Shown in pieces: positions 9,431-18,475 of a stretch of DNA of 64,000 nucleotides. Source of the DNA: Candidatus Nomurabacteria bacterium RIFCSPHIGHO2_02_40_30. GTDB taxonomy: Bacteria; Patescibacteriota; Minisyncoccia; Phycocordibacterales; UBA9973. The translations under genes were made by a program, and so were the position numbers. Location: positions 95,653 to 159,652 of the forward strand of contig MFTV01000016.1 of assembly GCA_001785445.1 (NCBI GenBank), given 5' to 3'. Under the pieces are notes generated by a model. That model saw only the letters and a list, made by a program, of their open reading frames with translations. It was not told the origin of the DNA and made no database searches. Each line of letters starts with the position of its first letter. Within the stretch, counting starts at the first letter, position 1.

Positions 9431-10087
9431 TTAGAAAACTTCCAACAAAAACTGCTCAAAAGAGGCTTCGGCGTCACGGCCAGTCTTGCGGGCTTCGGGC
9501 AGGATGTAAGATATTTTTGAAGCGAAATTTTTAAGTTCCAGCTCTTTGAACTTGCCAAAGTTCTTTTTTATCAGCATGTCTTTGACTTTCCAAAAAAGAA
9601 CCCCGACTAGCTCTTCCATGCCCACCCCCCTATCCATAGCCTGGCGGAAATAAATCCAAAGATTGAGCTTGTCTTTTTGCTCAAAAGCGTTGGCTAGTAA
9701 AAAATTGTTAAATTTTTCTTTTTTTTCTTTAGGTAATTCAAAAACATTCATCTGAAGTCTTTTGGGCCCAACTTTTTTGAAAGCATCCAATATGGGCTTG
9801 TTTAATTTTCCTTCCAAAAATATAAAGTCGCTGGTTGATTCTCCTATTAACTCCAGTTTTTCTAAAATAAAATCCCGTGTTTCTTCATTTTCAAGAATGC
9901 CAGAAAATATAACAGCTGCTTTGGCAGAGAAAAGGCTTGAGCCGGAATATAAACTTTCTATTTGAATTTTATCAAAATTATTTCTACTCACTGAAAATTT
10001 GTCTCCCCCTTTGGGCAAAGACTTTATGAACTTTTCATAAGAAAGAATTTTATTCTTAGCGTCATCCCCTGTAAAAAGGTAAATCAT
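9431..10087 (-). CDS. holA: DNA polymerase III delta subunit-like protein (short form)
   Basis: N-terminus 'IYLFTGDD' resembles the HolA start. The size is small, as in reduced genomes. Weak. Confidence 0.45.
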   Translation of the reverse strand: MIYLFTGDDAKNKILSYEKFIKSLPKGGDKFSVSRNNFDKIQIESLYSGSSLFSAKAAVIFSGILENEETRDFILEKLELIGESTSDFIFLEGKLNKPILDAFKKVGPKRLQMNVFELPKEKKEKFNNFLLANAFEQKDKLNLWIYFRQAMDRGVGMEELVGVLFWKVKDMLIKKNFGKFKELELKNFASKISYILPEARKTGRDAEASFEQFLLEVF

Positions 10088-10096
10088 TTGTAGAAT

Positions 10097-10561
10097 TTAA
10101 AATTTTACTGATTTTTTGTATTCCGTATAATGCGTGCCATATTTTTCTTCAAGCATTTTCTCTTGTTTTTCTATGAATATAAATTTGGCGGTCAAAAAAG
10201 AAATAATTGAAAATACTATTACAAAAAAAGAGTTAGTAATAACACCAAAGCCAAGCATCAAGAAAAAAAGTCCCCACTGGGTAGGAATACGAGTATAGTG
10301 GTATGGTCCGCCATGAAAATGCTCTACCCTTTTTTCTTTTATTTTTCTAAATTCATGTCCTGTCTTTTGCGCCGAGAGTATTAAGACTGAAGCAAGTATC
10401 AGAAAAAAAAGTCCGACTGGTGCCATAAAAGTATCTGGGAAAACTTTAAAACCAAAAATAGCATCAAGATAAATAGCCAGTAAAAAGAAAATCAGATAAA
10501 CTACATACGAATGTGCCAGAACCTTGTGGACACTATGTTTTTTTGTATTTATTGTCTCCAT
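10097..10561 (-). CDS. isoprenylcysteine carboxyl methyltransferase (ICMT/PEMT) family membrane protein
   Basis: Multi-TM protein. C-terminal 'HFHGGPYHYTRIP...EEKYGTHYTEYKKSV' matches the ICMT signature (RHP.Y ... EE..L...FG..Y..Y). Confidence 0.55.
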   Translation of the reverse strand: METINTKKHSVHKVLAHSYVVYLIFFLLAIYLDAIFGFKVFPDTFMAPVGLFFLILASVLILSAQKTGHEFRKIKEKRVEHFHGGPYHYTRIPTQWGLFFLMLGFGVITNSFFVIVFSIISFLTAKFIFIEKQEKMLEEKYGTHYTEYKKSVKF

Positions 10562-10594
10562 TTTTTTATTCTAGCACGAAAAATTAATTTTGCC

Positions 10595-12976
10595 TTATTT
10601 TACTTCTCCAAAATTATCCCCATAACCAGAATGTACCACCAGCGGAATGTCGGTCTTATAGTGCAAATAAGAGCGTTCTAGCACAGTCTGCATTGCATTT
10701 TTTATTATTTTATCAGTTTTTTCTAACACACCGTCTTCCACTTCATACACCAGTTCATCATGAATCTGAAGCACCAAATGCACTTTGTCTAAAAGCCCCG
10801 CATTTTTTAAGTCTTGATAACCATACCTAATGGCCAGCTTAATGATATCGGCTGTGGCTGTGCCTTGGATAGGCGCATTGGTAGCGGTACGCTCGGCCAT
10901 ATTTTTTAAAAAAGGAATTCGGGAGTTGATATTTGGGAAATATCGCCTTCGGCCAAATAAAGTCTCGGTATAAGAGTGCTCCAAGGCGAACTTTTTCACT
11001 TCTTCTAGATAGTCTCGCACTCCGGAGAATTGATTGAAATAATTATCGTAAAATTTCTGAGCTTCTTCGCGCGTGCCGCCTAAATTTTTCCGCAGAGCAG
11101 TAACTCCCATGCCATAAATGATGCCGAAGTTTATAACCTTGGCCTTGCGGCGCATCTCACTATCCACCTTGTCTATCGGCATACCAAAAACAAAAGACGC
11201 TACTCCAGTATGAACATCTTTTTTCTCTCGGAAAATCTGCGTCATCTTTTTATCGCCGGAGAGCATCGCTGCCACCCGAAGCTCTATTTGGCTGTAATCA
11301 AAGGCGTAGAGTTTGTAGCCTTTTGGCGCAACAAATCCATTTCTAATTCTGTTACCAAGTTCTGTTTTTATAGGTAAATTTTGCAAATTCGGATCTTTGG
11401 AAGAAAACCTGCCTGTAGTCGCGCCATTTTGCAGAAACTTTGCATGCAGTCGACCATCTTCGCCTGCCATTTTAGGAATTAAATCAATATAAGTAGAAAG
11501 AAGTTTTTGCAACTCTCTATACGACATTATTTCTTTAATTATTGGGTTACCCTCTTCGAGCTCTTCTAGAACTGACACTTTTGTAGAAAAAGCTCCACTG
11601 GCGCCTTTCTTCTTGCTCTTCATACCCATTTTACCGAAGAGCACTTCACCCATTTGCTTCGGCGAATTTATATTAAATTCTGTGCCAGCCATTTTATATA
11701 TTTTCGCAGTTAATTTATCTAGTTCAGCATGATACTCTTTGCCTAATTTTTCAAAATATTTTTTGTCCAGCAAAATACCATGGTCCTCCATTTCTTTTAC
11801 TATGTGCATTATTGGCCGTTCTATCTCTTCGTATACTTTTTCTAAATTTTTTTCCTTCAGTTCTTTAAAAATGTACTCGTAGGCTTTATCAAAAGAATCA
11901 GTGTGTGAAAATAATAAAATGTCATCAAGTTGTGGGTTTGAAATGTCAGAATTAATCAACCAAAGAGCTATGGAAGCCTCCTGGAGTTTTATACTATCTA
12001 CTTTAATATCTATTTTTTCTTCTTTCTCAGTATTATTGCCATTAAAAAAACTTTTAAGGCGCATAAATAGAGACCGGAATTCAAACAAAGTAAAAGTTTT
12101 TTCTATCTTTTTTATATCTGCATTCTGCCAAAAAGTTTTCTCCGGAATTTTGAAATCTACGGGCGCATCAGTGCGAATAGTCGCTAAAGTTTTAGAAAAT
12201 AAAGCTTCTTCTTCATTGTGTTTAATCAATTCAACCATACGAGGACTAATGCCGGCTTTAATAAAAATCTTTTCGTCTTTTTTAATCTTTTTGTAAATTT
12301 CTTCAATAGTTCCGAAATTAGCAATCAAATTTTCTGCAGTTTTTTCTCCTATACCCTTAATCCCTTTAATATTATCTGAAGCATCTCCTCTAAGTCCTTT
12401 ATAATCTGGTAACAAAGAAGGTTTAAAATGAAATCTCTCTATCATTTTTTCTTCGTCATATAAAATAGTATCGGTAATGCCTTTCTTCAGCGTGTAAACT
12501 TGCACTTTTTTGTCATCCACCAATTGCATAGTATCCATGTCGCCTGAGGCGATGATAATTTTCAATTCGCAATTTTCAATTTTGAATTTTTTGCACTTTT
12601 CCACAATTGTGCCAATCACATCATCCGCTTCAAAACCGGATGCGTCATATATGGGAATATTGAAGGCTTCAAATATTTGACGAGAATTTTTTAATTGAAC
12701 AATAAGAGCATCATCGGTTTTGGCTCGCCCAGCTTTGTAGGCATCATAAGCAAGATGGCGAAAAGTTTTTTGTGGCAAGTCATAACAAGCCACAATATAA
12801 TCGGGTTTCAGGTCAGAGATTATCTTCATCAGCATTGAAGAGAGCCCGTACAAGGCTCCGGTAGGCTCGCCCGAGGATGATAAAAACTCGGGTAAGGCAT
12901 GATATGCGCGATGGATTATAGCGTGAGAGTCGAGTAGTACTAGCGTTTTACTTGTATTATTTTTTGCTTTAGACAT
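10595..12976 (-). CDS. polA: DNA polymerase I
   Basis: 5'-3' exonuclease N-terminus, polymerase motif 'RRKAKVINFGIIYGMG' and motif C 'LLQIHDELVYEV'. 793 aa. Confidence 0.95.
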   Translation of the reverse strand: MSKAKNNTSKTLVLLDSHAIIHRAYHALPEFLSSSGEPTGALYGLSSMLMKIISDLKPDYIVACYDLPQKTFRHLAYDAYKAGRAKTDDALIVQLKNSRQIFEAFNIPIYDASGFEADDVIGTIVEKCKKFKIENCELKIIIASGDMDTMQLVDDKKVQVYTLKKGITDTILYDEEKMIERFHFKPSLLPDYKGLRGDASDNIKGIKGIGEKTAENLIANFGTIEEIYKKIKKDEKIFIKAGISPRMVELIKHNEEEALFSKTLATIRTDAPVDFKIPEKTFWQNADIKKIEKTFTLFEFRSLFMRLKSFFNGNNTEKEEKIDIKVDSIKLQEASIALWLINSDISNPQLDDILLFSHTDSFDKAYEYIFKELKEKNLEKVYEEIERPIMHIVKEMEDHGILLDKKYFEKLGKEYHAELDKLTAKIYKMAGTEFNINSPKQMGEVLFGKMGMKSKKKGASGAFSTKVSVLEELEEGNPIIKEIMSYRELQKLLSTYIDLIPKMAGEDGRLHAKFLQNGATTGRFSSKDPNLQNLPIKTELGNRIRNGFVAPKGYKLYAFDYSQIELRVAAMLSGDKKMTQIFREKKDVHTGVASFVFGMPIDKVDSEMRRKAKVINFGIIYGMGVTALRKNLGGTREEAQKFYDNYFNQFSGVRDYLEEVKKFALEHSYTETLFGRRRYFPNINSRIPFLKNMAERTATNAPIQGTATADIIKLAIRYGYQDLKNAGLLDKVHLVLQIHDELVYEVEDGVLEKTDKIIKNAMQTVLERSYLHYKTDIPLVVHSGYGDNFGEVK

Positions 12977-13000
12977 TTAGCTAATTGTATCATTTTAGAC

Positions 13001-13462
13001 TTATTTTTCCTTGTTTTTCATTATTTTTATTTGAAAATCTCTATGCCCATTTTTGGCATGAGAAATATGAATAAAATGAGAATTTTTGGGTATAATTTCT
13101 TTTACATTTTCCGGCCATTCTATAAAAACCAAATGCTCTTTATTGCCTACAATTTTCTCCCAATCCAAGTAAAGTAATTCTTTTTCACTACCAAGACGAT
13201 ACGCATCCAAATGAAATAAAAACTTATAATTTTTTGAATTTTTAATAGAATATTTTTTTATAATTACAAAAGTGGGGCTAATAATCTTGTTTTTTACGCC
13301 AAGATGTTTCGCTATGGCTTGAGTAAAAGCTGTTTTACCAACACCTAAACCTCCAGAAAGGCATACCACTGTGGCCCTCCTGTCCTCTCTTTTGTTCCTT
13401 AGTATTTTACTAAAAAATCCTTCAGCAATTTCAGCAGTTTTTTCTATATTTTTTGAAAGCAT
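13001..13462 (-). CDS. tsaE: tRNA threonylcarbamoyladenosine biosynthesis ATPase TsaE
   Basis: P-loop 'CLSGGLGVGKTAF', 'SPTF', 'HLDAYRL' and 'IEWPE' motifs typical of YjeE/TsaE. Confidence 0.85.
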   Translation of the reverse strand: MLSKNIEKTAEIAEGFFSKILRNKREDRRATVVCLSGGLGVGKTAFTQAIAKHLGVKNKIISPTFVIIKKYSIKNSKNYKFLFHLDAYRLGSEKELLYLDWEKIVGNKEHLVFIEWPENVKEIIPKNSHFIHISHAKNGHRDFQIKIMKNKEK

Positions 13463-15178
13463 ATGTTATACTTTAACATAATGGCTTTATTTGACGAAGA
13501 AAAACAGAACAAACAGCTGGACGACTTGCACAAGCAAGAAGAAGAGCAGTTGGTGGCAAGTCTAGCGCAGTCGAAATATAATTTGCCTTACATTGACTTA
13601 TACCGTCTTGGAATAGACAACGAAGCCCTCCGGGCAATACCAGAGAAAGACGCGAGAGCTATGAAAGTCGCCCCGTTTAAGCTTGTAGGGAAAAGCATTT
13701 ATATAGCCGTGCGCTCACCGTCGCCGGAGCTTTTAAGCAAGTTAAAAGAAGATATGGAAAGGAGAAACTTGGTGGCTGTTTTTTATATGGTGTCGATAGC
13801 CAGCTTAGAGAAAGTCTGGAGCAGGTATAAAGAAATTTCTATGGCTGAAAGTTCCCAAGTCGGCGGGTTGGAAATATCGCTCGAAATTTTGAAAGACACG
13901 GCTAAAAACATAAACCGCATGCAGGATATTGAGAAACTTATCAACGCAGCTCTGGAAGATAATAAAATTCATAAAATTTCTCGCATTCTTGAAATAATTT
14001 TAGCCGGAGCCATCGCTATCAAAGCTTCGGACATACACATAGAACCAGAGAAAGATAAATGCCGGCTAAGGCTTCGCCTCGATGGAGTGCTACAAGATGT
14101 AAATTTCTTTGAATCTGACGTGTACCAACTGCTGAATTCACGCATTAAACTTCTTTCCGGCATGAAATTAACTTCTAAGTTAGCCCAAGACGGGCGTTTC
14201 AATATTATGGAAGGAGAAGAAGAGATAAGTATTCGTAGTTCCTTAATCCCCGGGTCTTACGGCGAGTCAATAGTCATGCGTATCCTCGACCCGAAGGCTA
14301 TCCAAGTAAAATTTGAAGAGCTTGGTATCGAGCCTTATCTTTTTAAAATCGCTCAAGAAGAAATTGCGAAACCGAATGGTCTTATTTTAGTCACCGGACC
14401 GACAGGCTCCGGCAAGACTACAACTCTGTATGCATTTTTGAGAAAAATATACTCAACGGAAATAAATATAATAACAATTGAAGACCCAGTGGAATATCAT
14501 CTAGACGGCATAACCCAGACGCAAGTAAACTTGAAAAAAGAATACACTTTTCCGGAAGGACTTCGTTCCGCGCTCCGCCAAGACCCGGACGTAATAATGG
14601 TGGGAGAAATCCGAGACGGAGAAACTGCCGAAATTGCGGTGCAGTCTTCACTTACCGGACACATGGTGTTTTCTACGCTCCACACCAATAATGCCGCCGG
14701 AGTCATTCCTCGCCTTATCGACCTTGGAGTCAATCCGAAAATTTTAGTCTCAGCGCTTTCTTTGTCTATTGCTCAACGTCTGGTGCGCAAGCTCTGTGTT
14801 TTTTGTAAAAAAGAATCTATCCCAACGGGAGAAGAAGCCAAAACTATACAGACAATCTTAGAGGGCATGAAGGGGGAAGGAAAAGATTTGACAAAATATA
14901 ATATCAAAAACGAGGCGTCCTTTAAAATTTTCTCCGCTGTGGGTTGTGAAAAATGCAACAACATAGGCTACACTGGACGTATAGGCATTTTCGAAGCTAT
15001 CAAAACTGATGAGGCGATAGAAAAAATAATGCCGGAAAACCCAAGCGAGCGGGAAATCAAAAAAGTGGCTAGCGCGCAAGGAATACTCTCTATGCGCCAA
15101 GATGGTGTCATAAAAATTTTAAATGGGATTACTTCAATTGTAGAAGTGCAAAGCGTGGTAGACCTAAACGAGGAGTAA
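13463..15178 (+). CDS. pilB: type IV pilus assembly / type II secretion ATPase (PilB/GspE family)
   Basis: Walker A 'VTGPTGSGKTTTL', 'VGEIRD', 'FSTLHTNNAAG' and C-terminal Cys cluster 'CEKCNN'. The start may be at an internal Met (~13481). Confidence 0.9.
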   Translation: MLYFNIMALFDEEKQNKQLDDLHKQEEEQLVASLAQSKYNLPYIDLYRLGIDNEALRAIPEKDARAMKVAPFKLVGKSIYIAVRSPSPELLSKLKEDMERRNLVAVFYMVSIASLEKVWSRYKEISMAESSQVGGLEISLEILKDTAKNINRMQDIEKLINAALEDNKIHKISRILEIILAGAIAIKASDIHIEPEKDKCRLRLRLDGVLQDVNFFESDVYQLLNSRIKLLSGMKLTSKLAQDGRFNIMEGEEEISIRSSLIPGSYGESIVMRILDPKAIQVKFEELGIEPYLFKIAQEEIAKPNGLILVTGPTGSGKTTTLYAFLRKIYSTEINIITIEDPVEYHLDGITQTQVNLKKEYTFPEGLRSALRQDPDVIMVGEIRDGETAEIAVQSSLTGHMVFSTLHTNNAAGVIPRLIDLGVNPKILVSALSLSIAQRLVRKLCVFCKKESIPTGEEAKTIQTILEGMKGEGKDLTKYNIKNEASFKIFSAVGCEKCNNIGYTGRIGIFEAIKTDEAIEKIMPENPSEREIKKVASAQGILSMRQDGVIKILNGITSIVEVQSVVDLNEE

Positions 15179-15450
15179 AAAAGAAAAAAGCATTAATCTC
15201 TAAACAATCCTTTCGGAGCTGGGCCCCGAGAGTAACAAATTATTATAGGATAGACCCAGAAATTAATAAATTAATACCAGAACGTCCTATGCAAAGTCGT
15301 ATAACCGGTGGCTGATTGCTTAGAGATTAATGCCTTTTTAATCTCAACAGAAACTATTGTACTATAAAGAAAAAACTGTAAATGCTATAATGTGTATAGC
15401 TATGTTGATACCCTGTTGATAAACCTACCACTTTTATAATATAGCATATT

Positions 15451-16491
15451 ATGAATAAAAAGTCAAGCGAAAAAACTATAGACCCACGCCATGGCGGGGC
15501 AAGCAAGACTGAAGATGTTCTGCTAGAAATAACCTTGCGCCCCACCCGCTGGGACGAGTATATTGGCCAAAAACACATAAAAGATAATGTTAAAATCCTA
15601 CTGAAAGCTGCGCAAGAACGCGGGCACATCCCTGAACACATTTTATTTTACGGTCCTCCCGGTTTAGGCAAAACAACTCTGGCACACCTAATAGCTAAGG
15701 AAACTGGACGACAAATGAAGATAACTTCCGGCCCGGCTATCGAAAAAGTTGGTGACTTAGCTTCTATTCTTACCAATCTCGCATCTGGAGATATTTTATT
15801 TATAGACGAAATTCACAGACTAAATAAAATGGTGGAAGAAATACTCTACCCTGCCATGGAGTCCGGTGTTTTAGACATTATTATCGGCAAGGGGCCTTCT
15901 GCTCGCACCATACAGCTCGACTTGCCACCTTTTACCCTCATTGCAGCCACCACTCGCGTAGCACTTATCTCGGCGCCACTGCGCTCACGCTTCTCCGGTG
16001 GAGTTTTCCGACTTGAATTTTATTCTGACGAAGAAATTTCAAAAATTGTGGAGAGGTCCAGTAAACTTTTAGAAACTAAATTAGACGCAGGCGCTTTAGG
16101 AGAGATTGCTAAGCGCAGCCGCTTCACCCCCCGCACGGCCAACTACTTTTTAAAAAGAGTGAGAGATTTTGCGCAAGTTAATAGAAGAGATTTAGATAAG
16201 AAAACTGTTCGCGAAGCACTCGACATGCTCGCCATCGATGAAATTGGACTAAATTCATCTGACAGAAAATTCTTAGAAATATTAATTGAAAAATTCAATG
16301 GTGGACCGGTAGGACTCAAAACTATGGCCGCGGCAATGTCGGAAGAAGAAGCCACGGTGGAAGAAGTTATCGAGCCATACTTGATCCAGCTAGGACTTCT
16401 CGAACGCACTGCCCGTGGACGTGTGGCTACCAAGAAAGCATATGAGCATCTAGAATTTGAATTTAAAGGAAAACAAGATAAACTTTTATGA
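15451..16491 (+). CDS. ruvB: Holliday junction DNA helicase RuvB
   Basis: 'LFYGPPGLGKTTLAHLIA' and 'LFIDEIHRL'. Overlaps ruvC by 4 nt. Confidence 0.95.
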   Translation: MNKKSSEKTIDPRHGGASKTEDVLLEITLRPTRWDEYIGQKHIKDNVKILLKAAQERGHIPEHILFYGPPGLGKTTLAHLIAKETGRQMKITSGPAIEKVGDLASILTNLASGDILFIDEIHRLNKMVEEILYPAMESGVLDIIIGKGPSARTIQLDLPPFTLIAATTRVALISAPLRSRFSGGVFRLEFYSDEEISKIVERSSKLLETKLDAGALGEIAKRSRFTPRTANYFLKRVRDFAQVNRRDLDKKTVREALDMLAIDEIGLNSSDRKFLEILIEKFNGGPVGLKTMAAAMSEEEATVEEVIEPYLIQLGLLERTARGRVATKKAYEHLEFEFKGKQDKLL

Positions 16492-16979
16492 GAATTTTAG
16501 GCGTAGACCCCGGGTTTGAAAGATTGGGAATTGCCGTACTAGAACGCACCCCTGAGGTCTTGCCTCAGGGGCAGAAGGAAAAAATAATTTTTTCCGAGTG
16601 TTTTAAAACTTCTGCTAAATTAGAATTCTCTGTTAGGTTAAGTTTGATTGGAGAAGAAGTGCGCAATATAATAAAAAAATACAAGCCGGAAGTCTTGGCT
16701 ATTGAAACTTTATTTTTAAATACAAACCAAAAGACGGTAATGCGTGTGGCCGAAGCACGAGGCGTAGTAGTGTATGAGTCTGCACGGGCAGGACTAAAAA
16801 TTTTTGAAGCCTCTCCCCCGCAAATAAAGATAGCCACCACCGGCTATGGCAGAGCAAATAAAGAACAAATAAATAAAATGCTAAAAATATTGGTGGAAAT
16901 AGATAAAAACAAAAAATCTGACGACGAATTGGATGCTATTGCTATTGCGCTGACGGCTTTTGCGCATTTGAAGAGTTAG
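16488..16979 (+). CDS. ruvC: Holliday junction resolvase RuvC
   Basis: 'MRILGVDPGFERLGIAV' N-terminus. RNase H-like resolvase. Confidence 0.9.
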   Translation: MRILGVDPGFERLGIAVLERTPEVLPQGQKEKIIFSECFKTSAKLEFSVRLSLIGEEVRNIIKKYKPEVLAIETLFLNTNQKTVMRVAEARGVVVYESARAGLKIFEASPPQIKIATTGYGRANKEQINKMLKILVEIDKNKKSDDELDAIAIALTAFAHLKS

Positions 16980-17092
16980 TTATCCACACATTCTATTGCC
17001 AAGTATTTCATATTTTGTTACAAAGTAGGAAATCAAAAAATAAATTTTATTAATAGGTCGTTTAGTAGCAGTAAAATTTTAAAAAGTTTTAT

Positions 17093-17227
17093 ATGAGTTA
17101 CGACGAAGACGAGGAAGTGCGAGGAGGTTTTAGGGTAACTGATGGCGATGACGACGAGCCGATGGAGATGCCGCCAGAGGACTTGGATTTTGGATTAGAC
17201 GAAGAAGACCCGGACAGAGACAGCTAA
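17093..17227 (+). CDS. small highly acidic protein (44 aa, MSYDEDEEVRGGFRVTDGDDDEPMEMPPEDLDFGLDEEDPDRDS)
   Basis: ORF below the 60 aa track cutoff. It ends 1 nt before a strong terminator hairpin. No clear RBS. Confidence 0.3.
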   Translation: MSYDEDEEVRGGFRVTDGDDDEPMEMPPEDLDFGLDEEDPDRDS

Positions 17228-17262
17228 CAAAAGATGACTAGGCAAGACCTAGTCATCTTTTG
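17228..17262. terminator. bidirectional rho-independent terminator (hairpin ATGACTAGG-caag-CCTAGTCAT flanked by A/T runs)
   Basis: aaaagATGACTAGGcaagaCCTAGTCATctttt, between the convergent small ORF and tyrS. A near-identical hairpin is at 26031..26066. Confidence 0.6.
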
Positions 17263-17264
17263 TT

Positions 17265-18449
17265 TTATGTAATTTTCACGAATCTTTTCTTGCCTATCCT
17301 AAACTTCGAGCCTTTTTTGGGCACAAAATTTGTGTCTGTTACTTTCTCATCAGTATCAAGGTTGGTAATGGCTCCTTCAGATACCAACCTTCGAAACTCT
17401 GTATTCGAAGCGACCACTTTCGCCTTCATCAGCATTTCCATCAGGCTTCCACTCTGAGCAACTTCGGTCATATCTTCCGGAATTTCTTTTTTAGAAAAAG
17501 TATTCACGAAATTTTCTTCAGCTTCTTTTGCTTTCTCTTCGTCACTTAGATTGGCAACCAAAATGTGCGCCACACGTTTCTTGAGCGTCATCGCATCTTT
17601 CTTGATATTCATTTTCTCTATTTCTTCTATCGGCATATCAGTGAGCAAGGTAAACATCGGAATTATCGCATCATCTCCAAGAGACATAATTTTACCGAAT
17701 AAGTCCCTCGGCTCATCCGTGAGTCCTATTACATTCCCCTCACTTTTCCCAATCTTCAGACCTTTTGCATCTTCTAAAAGTGGTGTAGTCATTACGAACT
17801 TTTCCTTATTCTTCATTGCCTTCATTAAGTGGCGCCCACAAAGCATATTAAATGTCTGGTCAGAACCACCTAATTCTAAATCCACATCCATGGCTACAGA
17901 ATCATACCCCTGTAAAAGCGGGTAAAGAAATTCTCGAAGATTTATAGATTCACCTTTCTTTAGGCGGTCCTGAAACATGTCTCTTTCAATGAGTTGTTGA
18001 ACAGAGAAATGTTGAGCAATGTCCAGAATATCAACCAAATTAAGTTTATTTAACCAGTCAGCGTTGTAGAGTATTTTAACCGGGTTTTCTCCGTCAAAAC
18101 GGACAATTTTTTTTGCTTGAGCTAGGTAGTCTTTGGCATTTGCGCGTAGTTCTGCTTGAGTAAAGAATTTTTCTCTTGTTTTTTTTCTGCCGGAAGGGTC
18201 GCCGGCTTGACCTGTGCCGTCGCCAATAAGGAAAATAACTTCATGCCCCAAATCTTGCCACTGTCGGTGCTTCCTGAAGCCCACCATGTGCCCGATATGC
18301 AGTTTGTCTCCCGTCGGGTCAAAGCCTTGGTATAACCGGAGCTTTTTGTCCGAACGCAAAACTTCTTCCAACTTTTCCTTGGAAGGGTAAATTTTATCTA
18401 CGCCTCTGGTCAGTAATTCACCAACTTTATCTGTATTTTTAGATTTCAT
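17265..18449 (-). CDS. tyrS: tyrosine--tRNA ligase
   Basis: HIGH motif 'KLHIGHMVG', KMSKS-like 'KIGKSEG' and C-terminal S4-like domain. Confidence 0.95.
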   Translation of the reverse strand: MKSKNTDKVGELLTRGVDKIYPSKEKLEEVLRSDKKLRLYQGFDPTGDKLHIGHMVGFRKHRQWQDLGHEVIFLIGDGTGQAGDPSGRKKTREKFFTQAELRANAKDYLAQAKKIVRFDGENPVKILYNADWLNKLNLVDILDIAQHFSVQQLIERDMFQDRLKKGESINLREFLYPLLQGYDSVAMDVDLELGGSDQTFNMLCGRHLMKAMKNKEKFVMTTPLLEDAKGLKIGKSEGNVIGLTDEPRDLFGKIMSLGDDAIIPMFTLLTDMPIEEIEKMNIKKDAMTLKKRVAHILVANLSDEEKAKEAEENFVNTFSKKEIPEDMTEVAQSGSLMEMLMKAKVVASNTEFRRLVSEGAITNLDTDEKVTDTNFVPKKGSKFRIGKKRFVKIT

Positions 18450-18475
18450 ATTCGAATAATAACATACTTTCTGCT

